Under the pieces are notes generated by a model, which saw only the letters and a list, made by a program, of their open reading frames with translations, ran no database searches and had not been told where the DNA came from. Below are positions 15,142 to 28,500 of a stretch of DNA of 64,000 nt, piece after piece. Within the stretch, counting starts at the first letter, position 1. Every line of letters begins with the position of its first letter. The stretch is from NCBI RefSeq assembly GCF_000181795.1, contig NW_003526941.1:4825811-4889810 (forward strand), read 5' to 3'. This stretch comes from Trichinella spiralis (taxonomy: Eukaryota). Position numbers and translations under genes: made by a program.

Positions 15142-17586
15142 GTAAGTGGTTTTGCTACCTTTGTACAGAAATGATAGCAGAAAAATTACCACCACGAGTA
15201 AATAAAAATATTCTCGTGCGAAAATATGAAAAGTATTTTAAAAAGTTAAATTAAGATAAAAATTTAATAATTAGAAAAAATCAATAACTTCAGCTCACTT
15301 AAAAATGAATAAAAGCTTCACGCCGATCAGATGATGATAGCATATATGTGTGGCGAATAGAGTTGAGTAAATAAGATGACGCTTGACATTTAAGCTCGTT
15401 CAAAGCAAGTCATTCAATATCACTACGCTATATATTACCGATTAGCGTTTAAAATTGCACATATCAAATTCAGTTAGTATTTTCTTTTAAATTATTACTA
15501 GTTTCGTTTTTTAACATTTTCTTTTCATCAACTGATGATAAACGGAAATAGGTGATAGATGAAAAGTAGAAACACTATTTTATTAACTATAGCAACAGAG
15601 ATTTGCTCGAAATCATATTATTATATTAATTTCCCTGACAACGACGTTCCTATTACATTAATTTTTTTCCATTCCCTTCATTACTACTTACGAAATGGCT
15701 AGTATTTGAAAATAGAAAATGATCTTTCTTATTAATTGTTTCTTAAAATGAAAAATCAATTTTTTGCCTAATGATGATGAAAAGTGTAAATCCTTCCCTC
15801 CCTCCCTCCCCCCCCTGCCCACGGTCCTCTCAATCTCTCTAATCATCATACTGAGCAAACACAACATAATCGACTTATAATTTGTTTTCAACATATATTT
15901 CAAAAAAACATGCAACACTGTTCACATACCTGAAAATGAGCTTTCTGTAATGGAGGTTGTCGTATTGTGATGGTAGCAGCAAAAATAGTGTGGATGGTGT
16001 TCATTTTTATAACATTTCCACAGTCGGGCAGTCGGACATTTGGCACGTAGCTTGAATTCCTTTTTTTTATTTCACAACGTGGTGTTCATTTCTTTGACAC
16101 TAAACAAAAATTGTTAAATACAAAACAAAATTAATTATTGTTGAAATTCTTTTCAAATAATATTTCACACTTCCGTTATCATCTTATGTCTCATAGTAAA
16201 TGACAGTATGAAATTGTGCTTTGCCTTTGGACTAATATATAAATATATTATTCAAATTTTTCATTCCACTTGATCTTATCTTATCTTATTTTACATATAT
16301 AAAGTTTAATAATTATTCATTCGTGAATAGTGAAAAATTATCACAATTTTGTGCAATAATAATAATAATATCAATCGGTTCCACTTTTATCAATTACGCG
16401 GAAAGTTTGTTTATTTTTTTGAATACGATACAAATAATATCGCAAAAATCTATCCATTTCGCCTTGATATCTCGCTTGAAGCCAAACAGCAAAGCGAGAA
16501 TTCGATTCAAATTATTCCGTAATGTGGCATCATTGAACAAATTACTTTTCAGCACAATTATTATCCACGCATACACGCACGCACACACTTATACTATACT
16601 AACCGCAGCACTGCTTGTCAGGGATTCGGTCAAGCTCTATTGTGCTGTATTCTGCCGTCAAAGCAGCATATTTTCACTAATCAATGGAACCAAAAAAAAC
16701 TTATCCTTCTTCAACTTTTCAATTAAATGTAGTCTTTTTTTTTGAAAGCTCCAGCTAGGCATGTGTGCAGTTTATTTTAATTTTCACTTTTTTACACAAC
16801 ATCTACGGATTGACTGTATGCATGACGTAAACAAATAATATCATTGCATCAAAATAAATAATATTTGTACTTGTCAATAACGGAAATATTAAAAAACCAA
16901 AAAGAATACAGTTTCGCCAAATTGGAAAAATAACGAAAAAATAATTCATTCCACTTCCTTATATTTCATTCCGTTGGGAAAAAGTTGCTAAATCAAGCAT
17001 GCAGAGCAGATGACAATTGAACCTTGCTCCTTTTTTTTTGTATTTTAATTTTTCTTTCTTGCTCTAATCGATGTAAGATACAAAAAAAAACAAAACAAAA
17101 CTTGTTAGCAGCAAATCAACTGAATACATATATACGCACTTCGTTCGATGAAAATTCGTTTGTTTCGTAGGATGTTCATTATTAATAGTTGATAAAGAAA
17201 GAAATTTGTCTTCTTCTTTCAAAAATATGCCAACCATTACTTTATAAATACAATAAGTGTAAAATGATTTTTTAATAACCCATTTGAAACTTATTGAAAT
17301 ATTATTTATTATTGAATAAAAATAGCAAATAGAAGAAATTTACTTGCTTCAGTAGAGATGATGTTCTAATGAGAGAAAAAGAAAATTATTGCTCTCGTGC
17401 ATCAATGAATTCCCGATAAAGCATGGTAAAATTTTATGCTATCCGTTGATCCTTTTTACATTTCATTAACACTTTCATTTTGACATTCATCATTTATAGT
17501 TCGTTGCTTTGGGAGAAAATTTTATATTACTTATAAATTATTTACACTATTTACAACTATATTCATCTAGTTAAGTGCATAGATTA

Positions 17587-17587
<1 letters not shown>

Positions 17588-17634
<47 letters not shown>
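17588..17634. repeat. Compound (TC)n(TA)n microsatellite
   Basis: Read directly from the sequence. Confidence 0.95.
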
Positions 17635-20600
17635 GTTAACAATTTTACATAATATAATATTACGAGTGAAAATTTCCAAATGTTTATTCATGTTCATCAA
17701 ATTCATACATCACACATTGCGCTCATTCTACTACAATTCCTCCAGTGTATTAGCTATTTCAAATAAATTTTCCATTCAAAAAAAATTATTTTTTCATTTT
17801 TCAAAAAATTAATTAATTAACTATATTTAACAACCGTTTGTTTGATTTGCAACTGTGCGGCAACAGTTGATGTGTCGTGTATGCGCTTTCAATATTCAAA
17901 TATTCATGTAGAGTGGCAATTCAATTTGTAATATTTTCTTGAACATGAATAATATTGATAATTTGGAATGGAATACTTGTTTGAGAAACAATATTTACTT
18001 GAAAAATAAGCTTTCGCATCAAGTATCTTATTTGCTTATCATTAGGTGTGAAATGAAATTATAAAAAAACAAAGTTTTCTATGAAAATGAATGAACAAAT
18101 TTCAAATTGCCATTTCTAAATCATTAAATGATAGTCTAATAAGATGTGTGAAATATCGGAAAATTTTCAAATTTGAGTAAAAATGTGAAAAGAATAAATA
18201 AGACATAATACATAAATCGTACAATTAGAAATTTCTCTTTTCTGCATAAAATGCAAAGCATGAATCATTGAAACACGACCATTGCAAAAGTCAAGCGGAT
18301 AACAAGGAAAACAACGGCGCTAAAGGGAAACTAAGTTGTTGTTTGCAATACAAATCATAACAGGTACCAGCATTCAATTCTTTTGCTTTGCTATATAATA
18401 GTGGGGTGTTTGCTCAACGCGGAGGATTCAGTGAAAATTTCCTCCTCTTTTCAATGAAAGCCTTCACTATGCCAAGTTAACAACTACTACTACTATTAAC
18501 TAACTAACGACGAATCAACCACACCGTATCAACCGTATATACACACACATATATACAAAAATTCAATAACTGTTAAGTGATTCTATTCACAATTCTAAAA
18601 ACTACTTTATAATAATTTAATCGAATTATTCCAATTGCAACTGCAGCAATATAAGCCTAGACACGTACATATATGCACGGTAAGATTGAATTTGTCGCTG
18701 TCATGTGTGCAATAATAATTTATTTCCACATATAGCTTATATTAAAATGTATATATTGAATAACTTTGAAAATTATAAATGTATATGTACAGATAGATGC
18801 ATGAATGTTAAAATTGAAAACTTCGAGAATGGTTGTGCTTGTCATTGTCGTCGATCGATGAAAAAGCAGTTTTTATTGATGAATTGAACAGAAAAAACCC
18901 CTTTGCCTGCAGTTTTACTTTACAACCGAATCGCGTTTACGAATTTGACGACCAAAATTGCCTGTTACATTTAATTTTATTGACAATTCTTGTCAAAAAC
19001 GTGCTCTCAGTTGTCCTTTAACATTCATTAATTTATGCATATGTTGCTCGTTTGACAAACAAGGAAAAATCCCCAACTAATAATAATAATAATAATAATT
19101 TTACAATTGCCGAAAACACTTGTAAAATGATCCCACAAGAAGGAAAAATTCCACTTTTTCACCACCATTCAGTAATATCTCTTAATTTTTGAAAGTCTAT
19201 TTTTAAATTACAATGGAATTAATAACAGAAAAAAAAAGTCTCATCAATCCCCACCAAGAATCTCTTCAGAATAAGAAAAGTGTAGTCTTCTATACTTGTT
19301 GACAATTATTTTCCACGCATATTGCTCGCTGTTTTGTAGAATTTGATTTTTCTTTGCTAATACACAAAATTTATCCACTAATTGAATATAGATGCGATGA
19401 TGGTCGTTGGCAATTGACTTCATTCAGCCTAATTATGTTCCACTGGGCGATTCACAACTGTATTTAAAAATGAAACACATACTTGCATGCATTTATACAG
19501 ATATATGTACACAACAACATAATTTTTCATTTTTACAATCAATCGGTGTTTGAACACCAAGCACTGCAGTAGATCAATCATATATAGGAGAAAGGAAATT
19601 TAAAAGTTATTGACAAAGAAAAAGCAAAAGATGTAGCACAAAAAAATTTTTTTTTCAACTTCAACCAACTTTAAGCTTTAAGTTAAACTAATCGATAAAT
19701 AATTTCTGAAATAATTTATGAATGAAAGACAAAAAAGAAGAACAAAAGAAAAGAAGGAAAATTTGAATTTTTCAGTGTTTCATATCATTCGTATTATTAG
19801 TTAATTAATTAATTTTGCTCATTCGTTTATTGAACATTACCCATCATATTCTATTGTCATAATTTAACAAAAATATAAATAAAGTAGATATTAAATTTCT
19901 AAACTGTTGTAATGATGACGATAAAAATTTAATCTCTCATTTTACAGCTCATAAATGATCGTTTCTGAAACTGACTGACTGACAATTTCTATATGACAAA
20001 CGGTGTCAGTGTTGATGCTCTAAAATGCTAACCGTTCGTTGATCGATGACGAATTAAGCGCGAATAAGTTACTTGCTTTGATCTCTCTCTATCCAACCGT
20101 CCATCCATCCATTCATCCATCTACAAGCATCCCATTTTCATTCTCTCTTTATTCATTCATTCTTGTTCACCGAGTTCAATATTTTTCATCATCGTACATT
20201 TTGATTATTGTCTTTTTTTTCCATCTCCAAATTCGAAAAATTATTCAAAATGGAAATTTTCATTTTTAAAAAAGGAACTTTATTCGACAAAATTAAACAT
20301 TTTTTATTGATCATATTTTAAATTTATTAATTCCATGTCAATAACTGTTATCAATAAGGAAGAGAGAACAAAAAAGGAGCAGACCAGAAGAGGAGAGCCT
20401 ATATGGAAGAGTGGTTAGCAGTAGTAATAGTAATAGTTGTACATGAAAAATAGCCGAACATATGCAGAAATGTAAAAGGTTTGAAACTTGAGTTTGCAAA
20501 ATGCTGAAATCGATCAATCTTCTTATTCATTATAATAATAACGAATTTCTTCTACCGACAACATGAAAAATGTTCCTTCCTCTCGGCTATTAACTTAAGG

Positions 20601-23272
20601 ACAGTTCGATTGACTTTCTCTTCCTTTTCCATATTTTCCATTCAAGGAAATCAGAAAAACAAAAGTGAACCTCAATTACCATCAATGTATAAAATAATTC
20701 ACCGTATCTATCTTATTATTCTCCATTTTCAATTTCGAAATTTTGATATTCAAAAATGAATAAATGAACAAACATACAAATACCATCAGTATGCAGTCAG
20801 TTCAGTATGCAATGATTTGCAAATTAAGCTACCTTTCATTGTACAAATTGTTTGCTCACTAAACAATTTATTAATAGAAAAAAAAATAATGATTCATTGT
20901 AAAATTTATCATTGGTCAGTATAAAAATAAATTGAAAAAATGTTTTTTTACGAAACTTACTATTAACAAGACAAATTTTTAACAAAAAAAAAACTAAAAA
21001 TAACACGACATTCATTTCAATTAATCAATTGATTAATTAATTGCAGAATATTATATGAAAAATTATTAGTATTAATTATGGTTTGGAATTTTTTTTCATT
21101 TCTATTTTCCAAAAGCCCAGATCAACTTCCTCAGAGAGTGAAAAATTAAGTTTCAGGGCAAATTTAAATCAAATTACATTATTTATTCTGTGAATGACTT
21201 CACAGGAAAAAAAACGCTCTTTCTTCCTTATTTAGCTACCAACTCTGAACCACTCTAATTGACTAGACAGTGACAATTTTTCCAAACTTGCACAACTCAG
21301 AAGACTAAATTTATAAAACTGCAAAATTGAAAAAGCATAAAATAATTATAACTTAAAATATAATAATAATAATAATTATTATTATCATAATCAAAATTGT
21401 GTCGACATAATTTCAATTTCTTTTTCCACAATGCCAACCGTGAAGCAATTATAATTCTACGTCGACAAATAGATCTGACAATAGTGGGACAATGAAAATT
21501 TATCAAATGCATGCCAAAGAGAAGAAAAACGAGAAAAACCAAGATATAAGAGGATAATTAATAATTTTGTGACATTTGATTTTGAATATGAACTGAAATT
21601 ATCATTCCATTGCTTATATCTATCTTCATGCGTTGCTTTTTATCATTTTAGATACAGATAAATAGATAGATACATGGACAGAGAAGCAAGAGGAATAGAA
21701 TTAATAATAGATAATAAATTATAATATCGACTGGTTGGTTAAGTTTATTTTGTGAAATAATTTCACTTTCTCGGTCCAATAATCTTTTCCAAATTTCAAC
21801 AGCTTATGCTGCTTAATCAAGCTCAAAGTTCAAGCTTAAGACATTGCACATAAAATTGCTAATAAAAGTATACAAAGCTAGCTTGGAATAAAATTGCACT
21901 TTTCTCCGCATGGTGTTGTTTGAACTGACGCTTGTTTCACATTGGTGAAAAGCAATGATGCATGCATTTTTACCGAACCGAATTTATTTATTTTTCTTGT
22001 CACGTGTATGCACATAGCAAAAGCTCGTCCAAATTGCTCCCACGCATACAAACTTCAAACTTACTTACTTGTTTGCTTACTTAATTCAATCACATCTTTA
22101 TGTAAAAATTATTTATAAAACTTTCTGTATATATTATTTTGAAAAAAATTCATAATTTATTTCTTCACTTCTTACTTTTTCAATCTTTCCCCCAATTGCA
22201 AAATAAGTATTAAAAAAATAAATACAATTTTCTTGTAGTTATTTATTTTTATTCACCTGATTGACATTCTGAGATTTCACTGACGTATTACGTAAGTGAA
22301 ATTTGATTTTTCATTTATAACTAGAATTTTTCTTAATTCAAAAATTTCGACCACAATTTTATCATCAAATTAGCTTCATCATTTTACACTGTGAATCAAA
22401 CGACTTTCATAAATTCATTTTTTTAACTATTCAAAAACAAATTACAATCTGTTTCAAAAGCTATTAAATAATTAATAAATAAATTATTCACAAACTACTT
22501 TTTCTAAAACCGTCGACAACATTACTCTTATTATGCGTACACACACATACACACAGATAGATTTAGTTGAAAATTTTTTTGTTCATTTTATAGAACATCA
22601 AAAATGAATAAATTGTTTGTAAAAAATAAATTAAAAAATTTTAATATTTTATTCAAGTGGAAAATATTTTTTTGCTTTGTATATATTTGTACAATAATTG
22701 AATGGAAAAATTCAATGCAGCTTATCCTTGACGACAGCAAAGATGTCGCAACAGTCGCTTTTGATGGCCGCACATCAGCGCCTCATCGCACACAAACAAA
22801 CATACACACACGCAAGCATTTGCACGCACGCACACTGACATACAGAGAGACAAACAAGCAGACGGAGACAACGCACTTTTTTTTCATATTTTTACTTACT
22901 AAAAGCTATTACTTGGAAAATATTATACAAATCAACTGATATTTATTACAAATTCAATTTTAAATATTATCATCTATTATCTTGTTCCTTTTCCATTTAA
23001 AAGCATTATAATATTAATTAATTAACATATATATGTAATTATTATTTAAAAAATTTATCGTATAATAATTTTGTCATTTCAGATCAACAAGTACCGTCAT
23101 CATTGTTATCAATGTGGTAACGCCTAGGCCGGCTAACAGTTGTTGCAGATGATGATGATCGTCATCTCACATTGTTTGTTACCAATGATGAGAATAATAA
23201 ATGTGATCAAACCGATATCCTCTACCCTAAAGCCGGCAATCAAACTTCATGAACCAACCAACCGAACACTCC

Positions 23273-23321
23273 ACTGACTGACTGAGTGAGTGAGTGAGTG
23301 AGTGAGTGAGTGAGTGAGTGA
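23273..23321 (+). repeat. (ACTG)3 then (TGAG)9 tetranucleotide microsatellite in the GPCR 5' region
   Basis: Read directly from the sequence. Confidence 0.95.
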
Positions 23322-23535
23322 ACAATTCCTTCCAAATCAAAAAAAAATAAATAAACAAATAAGTATTCATCATAAGTATACGTATTTGTTTATTTATTTA
23401 TTTATTTGTACAACAACCAAATATTTAAGTTCAGTTTTGTTGCTCGGGTTGTTTTGTCTCATAAATTTCTACAACCCGGTAATTCGAGTGATCATCATCA
23501 TTGGAATCATCGTCTCCTCCACCCCTCCGACGCGT

Positions 23536-24879
23536 ATGGTAGTAACTGCGGCCGCTGGTGCCGGTGCCGGCAACGGTAACGGTAACGGTGGTAGTAGTGC
23601 CAGCGTTGTTGCCAGTAGCAGTGTTAGCGGCGGCGGTGGTGGTGGTGTGGTGGTGGTCAACGGTGGTAGTGCCGCCGCTGCTGCAGCCGTCGTAGCCGGA
23701 GCTAATGTTAGCAACGGTGGCAGTGGCAGTAGCCCAGCCGCCGGTCCCGGTACCGGCGGTGGAGGTGGACACGGCGGACCGGGTGTGGCCGTGGGAGGAG
23801 GCGGTGGAACCGGCACCGCGAGCGGTAATTCAGCCACAACCACAATCAACGACTGCCCTTACGAAAGGTACAACGCCGAGTCGGTGATTGTGCTCGGCTT
23901 TTTCGGCCTGTTCGTCATTTCGTTCGGCCTGCTAGCCAACTTGCTCAACGTGCGCATATTCACGCACAAACTGATGCGAGTGTCGTTGCTCAACTGGTAT
24001 CTGGCCGCGTTGGCGGTCAGCGACACCTTGATGCAAGTGACCAGCTTCTTGATGTTCTGCTTACCACGCATTGGGGAATATTTCGACAATTTCGACGCGA
24101 TCAATTTCGGCTACTGGATAACACCGGCCGCCTACGCCATCGGCATGATGGCCCAGACGACCAGCGTCTGGCTGACCGTGGCCATGTCGTTGCACCGGTT
24201 CGTCGGCGTCTGCTTGCCATTCAAAGCCAGCCTGCTCTGTTCCAGACGCAACACGCTGGCCATATTGGTCGGTGTACCGTTGTTCGGGATCGTGTTCAAT
24301 TTCAGCCGCTTTTGGGAAGTGGTACTGACCAGCCGGTGCTATTCGACCGACGTCAACGCCACCATCGTCCAAGTGAGCAGCAGTCAATTGAGGGGTGATC
24401 CAATATACAAGACTATACTGCTCGGCTGGTGTTACACGTTGGCCATGTTCATCTTGCCCTTCTTGCTGCTCATCTTTTTGAACAGCAACGTTTTGCGCGC
24501 CATACGACGGACCAGGCGTTTGCACGATCAAATCCGTCTGGACGTGCTCCAAGGAGCCAAAAGCCGTGAACTGGCCAAAGAAATACGCACGTCGATTATG
24601 CTCGTAGCGGTGGTCGTTGTCTTCCTGCTTTGCAACGCGTTGGCGTTGATTTTGAACATATTCGAAGTTACCGAAGTTTACGTCTATTTTCGATCCACTT
24701 TCACAAGGCTCGTCTACGTCAGCAATGTGCTTGTATTGGTCAACAGCTGTATCAATATTTTCATCTACAGTTCCTTCAGTGAACGTTACCGGCTCCTGCT
24801 CAGGCACTATCTGAGCTGTTCATGGATGCGTACCGGCGGTGAACTGCTCATCGACCGAACCGCGACTAATAATTTTTGA
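23536..24879 (+). CDS. Class A neuropeptide GPCR, FMRFamide-receptor (FRPR)-like; single coding exon, ~447 aa
   Basis: Long ORF with 7 hydrophobic segments and rhodopsin-family motifs: TM1 GLLAN, TM2 YLAALAVSD, TM3 SLHRFVGVCLPF (DRY replaced by HRF), TM5 FILPF, TM6 FLLCN, TM7 NSCINIFIY. First in-frame ATG is at 23536; the ORF-track start at 23314 is a GTG inside a microsatellite. The N-terminal ~100 aa are Gly/Ala/Ser-rich. Confidence 0.9.
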   Translation: MVVTAAAGAGAGNGNGNGGSSASVVASSSVSGGGGGGVVVVNGGSAAAAAAVVAGANVSNGGSGSSPAAGPGTGGGGGHGGPGVAVGGGGGTGTASGNSATTTINDCPYERYNAESVIVLGFFGLFVISFGLLANLLNVRIFTHKLMRVSLLNWYLAALAVSDTLMQVTSFLMFCLPRIGEYFDNFDAINFGYWITPAAYAIGMMAQTTSVWLTVAMSLHRFVGVCLPFKASLLCSRRNTLAILVGVPLFGIVFNFSRFWEVVLTSRCYSTDVNATIVQVSSSQLRGDPIYKTILLGWCYTLAMFILPFLLLIFLNSNVLRAIRRTRRLHDQIRLDVLQGAKSRELAKEIRTSIMLVAVVVVFLLCNALALILNIFEVTEVYVYFRSTFTRLVYVSNVLVLVNSCINIFIYSSFSERYRLLLRHYLSCSWMRTGGELLIDRTATNNF

Positions 24880-25468
24880 TTTTTTTTCATTTCTTTCCCC
24901 TTTTCTTATATTTTTACCCTCTCCCTCTCTTTCATCTCCCTCCTACCTAACCCCCCTACCCCCTTAATCCCCTTACACACACGAAAATGACGGCAAATTT
25001 CAAACTGCCAAATAACCAACAAACACTACTATTCCAAGACAACTTTTATAAGATAAACAAAATAATTATTTTCATATTATAAATTTTTTCATTCAATGGA
25101 TATTTCTTTTTTTTATCTATTCAAATTCACTCACTCACTTTCTTTCTCGATATATGCAAGTGGATGTGCAAGCGATTGTATATTAATTACTATTATATCA
25201 TTATTATTTGCATGGTGTGCGTGTATGCGTTTATTTATTTATTTATTCATTCTTAACTTTCAACTATGGCAATGTTCACTCTTTGAAACCAATGTCATCA
25301 GTACAAGCAAACAAATACGATAACACACCCACCCCCATCCCTTTGAATTGTACTGTCAAATCAACTGCTCTAAAATTACATCTGTTCATCACCGGTTAGA
25401 TAAACGAATTTCGTTGTCAATTTTTTTTCTATTTATTTCATTTTCCTTCTTTCAAAACTTTCCTTCTG

Positions 25469-25471
<3 letters not shown>

Positions 25472-25500
<29 letters not shown>
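25472..25500. repeat. (TA)n microsatellite downstream of the GPCR
   Basis: Read directly from the sequence. Confidence 0.95.
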
Positions 25501-25503
<3 letters not shown>

Positions 25504-28500
25504 ATGTATATATAAACTAGCGCTTCCTAATATTTGAATTTATATATTATTCGTGTACAAATTTATACAGTGCGTTAACAAACGTACGTATACTTGTTGT
25601 ATGCATACACAGACAAGTGGAGAAAACTACAAAAACGTTGTGCACATTACTCATAATACCGCTACTATTGTACATACATGTAAAAATGTAAATATATATA
25701 TATAAACGTGACTTTTCAGTTTCAACCAAAATGAGCAAAGAAAAAGAAATATATTAAACAATATTTTGAATTATTCATTATTCAATTATTGCTAACCAAC
25801 GACGTCAATTACAGTTTTGGTTAACGAAGAAAAAAAAACTTTTAACAATCAGTAAAATCATAATAGATGAAGTGGAGAATGAAGGAATGAATAATGCACT
25901 AGAAAATTTGCATCAAAGTTGATGATGTAATTGAATTGAAAAGCAACACAGCTAGTGAATGGAAACCTTTTGTCGACACAACATCTGTACGATGATGAAA
26001 GAAATTAAAAGTTCTGTTCAGCTTCTGGCACGCAATCATCCTTGTTGCGTGTTTGAAAACTTGTTCACCCTGTCTAAGAGTATATTTGTAAAATGAATTT
26101 CAAAAATTTTTGTACTCGTTTCATTCAAAGAAAAACAAAAGAATTCCATTCAAATTTTCTCATAAATTAATAGACAGATTGCTAGTGAAATTAAAATTTC
26201 CTCAAATTATCTGTCATCTACATCTACATTTAGATAGTTTTTTTTCGTTTCTGTTCAATATTATTATTAAATATTTAAAAAAACCAAATTATTGCTTCCA
26301 CAACTGCAAACTGTTGAATGTAAGCAGAAAGCATGTGGCAAAGCACGGCTGTGGTATATTTATAATATAATTATTCATTCAAACTGGTCGTCAGAAATCG
26401 AATCGAATGGAATCGACGAAACCATCATTTGTCGGCTTTTCAAAGTCTTCTTTGGTCGGTTCCTAAGAAACGACATCAACTTCAACAATGGTTAATGATT
26501 TTTCCATCGTCAAGCAAACGGAAAAGCGATTTTTATAAGCTGAACAATTTTTCACCAACTGCTTTGAACAGTTGGAAAAACAGAAATTCTACAGCACATT
26601 CCACTGTTGTACACGTCTGTGTAGCAGAAAAGAAGAATGATAATAATAAAATAACAAAGGGTAGGATAGAAGGATGGGTGGGGTAGTGATTTTGTTTTCC
26701 CCATTCACAATGCTAAAAATAACCCATAATAATGATAATAACAATAATTTCAAGTGAAAAAGAAATCTGCTAGTTCTCGTCGTTGATGCACGTCATCAAT
26801 TGAACCAGTTGAACAAGTTGAGAATAATTTTTACCAAAATTACCTTTCAAAATTGTCGTAAAAGTTTAAAGTTGAAAATGCATAAATAAATTCTTCATGT
26901 GCTGATTGAGCTTTTTGTTTTTCACTTCAAGGATGCTCATCAGTTGAACCACACATACATATTGGACCATATTCATTTTCGGCCGTTGATTACACTGTTC
27001 ACTGGATATGCAAATAATAATTTCAAATGGTAAATTTAATGCTTCTGCTTATGAATAAAACCTTTATTTTTCCAAAAAAAATATACCAGCGGAGTAATTA
27101 AACTGACAAGAAAAGGGAAAATACAAAATCAATTTTCAAATTTTTGATTTTGTATTTTCCCTTCCTTCTACTCATTTCTTTTTTCCCCTATTTTTCCCCC
27201 TCCATTGCTTTATCATTATCATTATTAATATTTTAACTATAGCTCATAGCAATTTGCTATAGGGCAAGTACCGTATGTCAACACAACTACAACACAAGCA
27301 ACATCATAGCATACAGAATGCTGCTAATTTGTTTTTTTTGCGTGTTTCGTCTTGCTTCTTCAACTTATTGATCACAGTATCAGAACATTTTCCAGTTTCT
27401 CAAGAAGCTAATCCCTACCAAATAATATACCCAGAGCGGAGCTCCGCTTCATCCAAAGAGCAACTTCATAGTTCTCGTTAGGTTCAATCGAATTTCAACA
27501 AAAACCCCCATTTCTATTCTATATTTTATTCTATTTGGGAAAAAATAGAAAAAATCAAATTCTCCACAGGCAAACAAGGAGGGGGGGGGAAAGTTTCGCA
27601 TGTCACAATTAACCAAATCAATGCAAGTGCTTTGCTTCAAGCAACAACTACTGAACAAACAGACAACAAAATCCGTCATATTTTCACCATTTGAAAAATG
27701 TAAATTTTGCACATAAAACTGCAAATGGAAAAATTTACAAGGAAAAAATATTTACAAGAAATAAAAATCCTATTGGAAAAAAGAGAAGAAAGAACAAAAA
27801 AATTCGATCGATTCAAAACTCAACTCTACAATGCATATTGAGATATGCATATGCGAAAAAAAGAAGAAAAATCAATAATATCAACAAATTGAGAAAAAGT
27901 CAAAATATGTTAGCATAAATAATAGTTTCTTTGTATTCTTATGGAAAAATTAATTATATTTTTTCTTTTATTCAAACTAATGAAAAACAAGAATGGATTT
28001 TTTAATTCTGATGTTTTTTTTCCAACTTCTTCCACTAAAATTAGAATAGAGATTTTTCTATTCTTTTTGTTCAATGATTGGAACAATGAAAAATGCAATT
28101 AATCCATCGCGACAATGGTTCAACGGAACAATTTTCTTCACCATTTCTCTCCACCATGCAACATTTATTAACAGTTGGAAGTGGTTATTAAAAATTCATT
28201 TCTCAAATAAGCACAACCGTTGCTATTATTATTATTAATTATGATCAGCATCATTATCATCATTCAGTTTTCCAACAAAACAAATTCAGCCAGCAGTCGG
28301 CCGTTGATGATGTGTGAACGACAAAAATTGTAGACTAATTGTCGAAAAAATGTGCATTAATTCCATTTTCAATAACTTCATCGCTTATCCAAGTGGAATT
28401 TTGACAAAATTTATTTATCGATTAAATAAATATTTGCAACTGCACACAGTTTAATTTTTTCAATTGTTGCGCTAAAGCAATTTTCAACAATTTTCTATAA

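Noticed and set aside
23314..23535. 74-aa N-terminal extension of the GPCR in the ORF track
   Set aside because: Starts at a GTG inside the TGAG repeat and runs through AT-rich, intron-like sequence. The first ATG is at 23536.
23431..24807. Long antisense ORFs (113, 126 and 248 aa) opposite the GPCR
   Set aside because: Expected shadows of a GC-rich, codon-biased CDS. The Pro/Thr-rich translations mirror the Gly/Val repeats and show no domain motifs.
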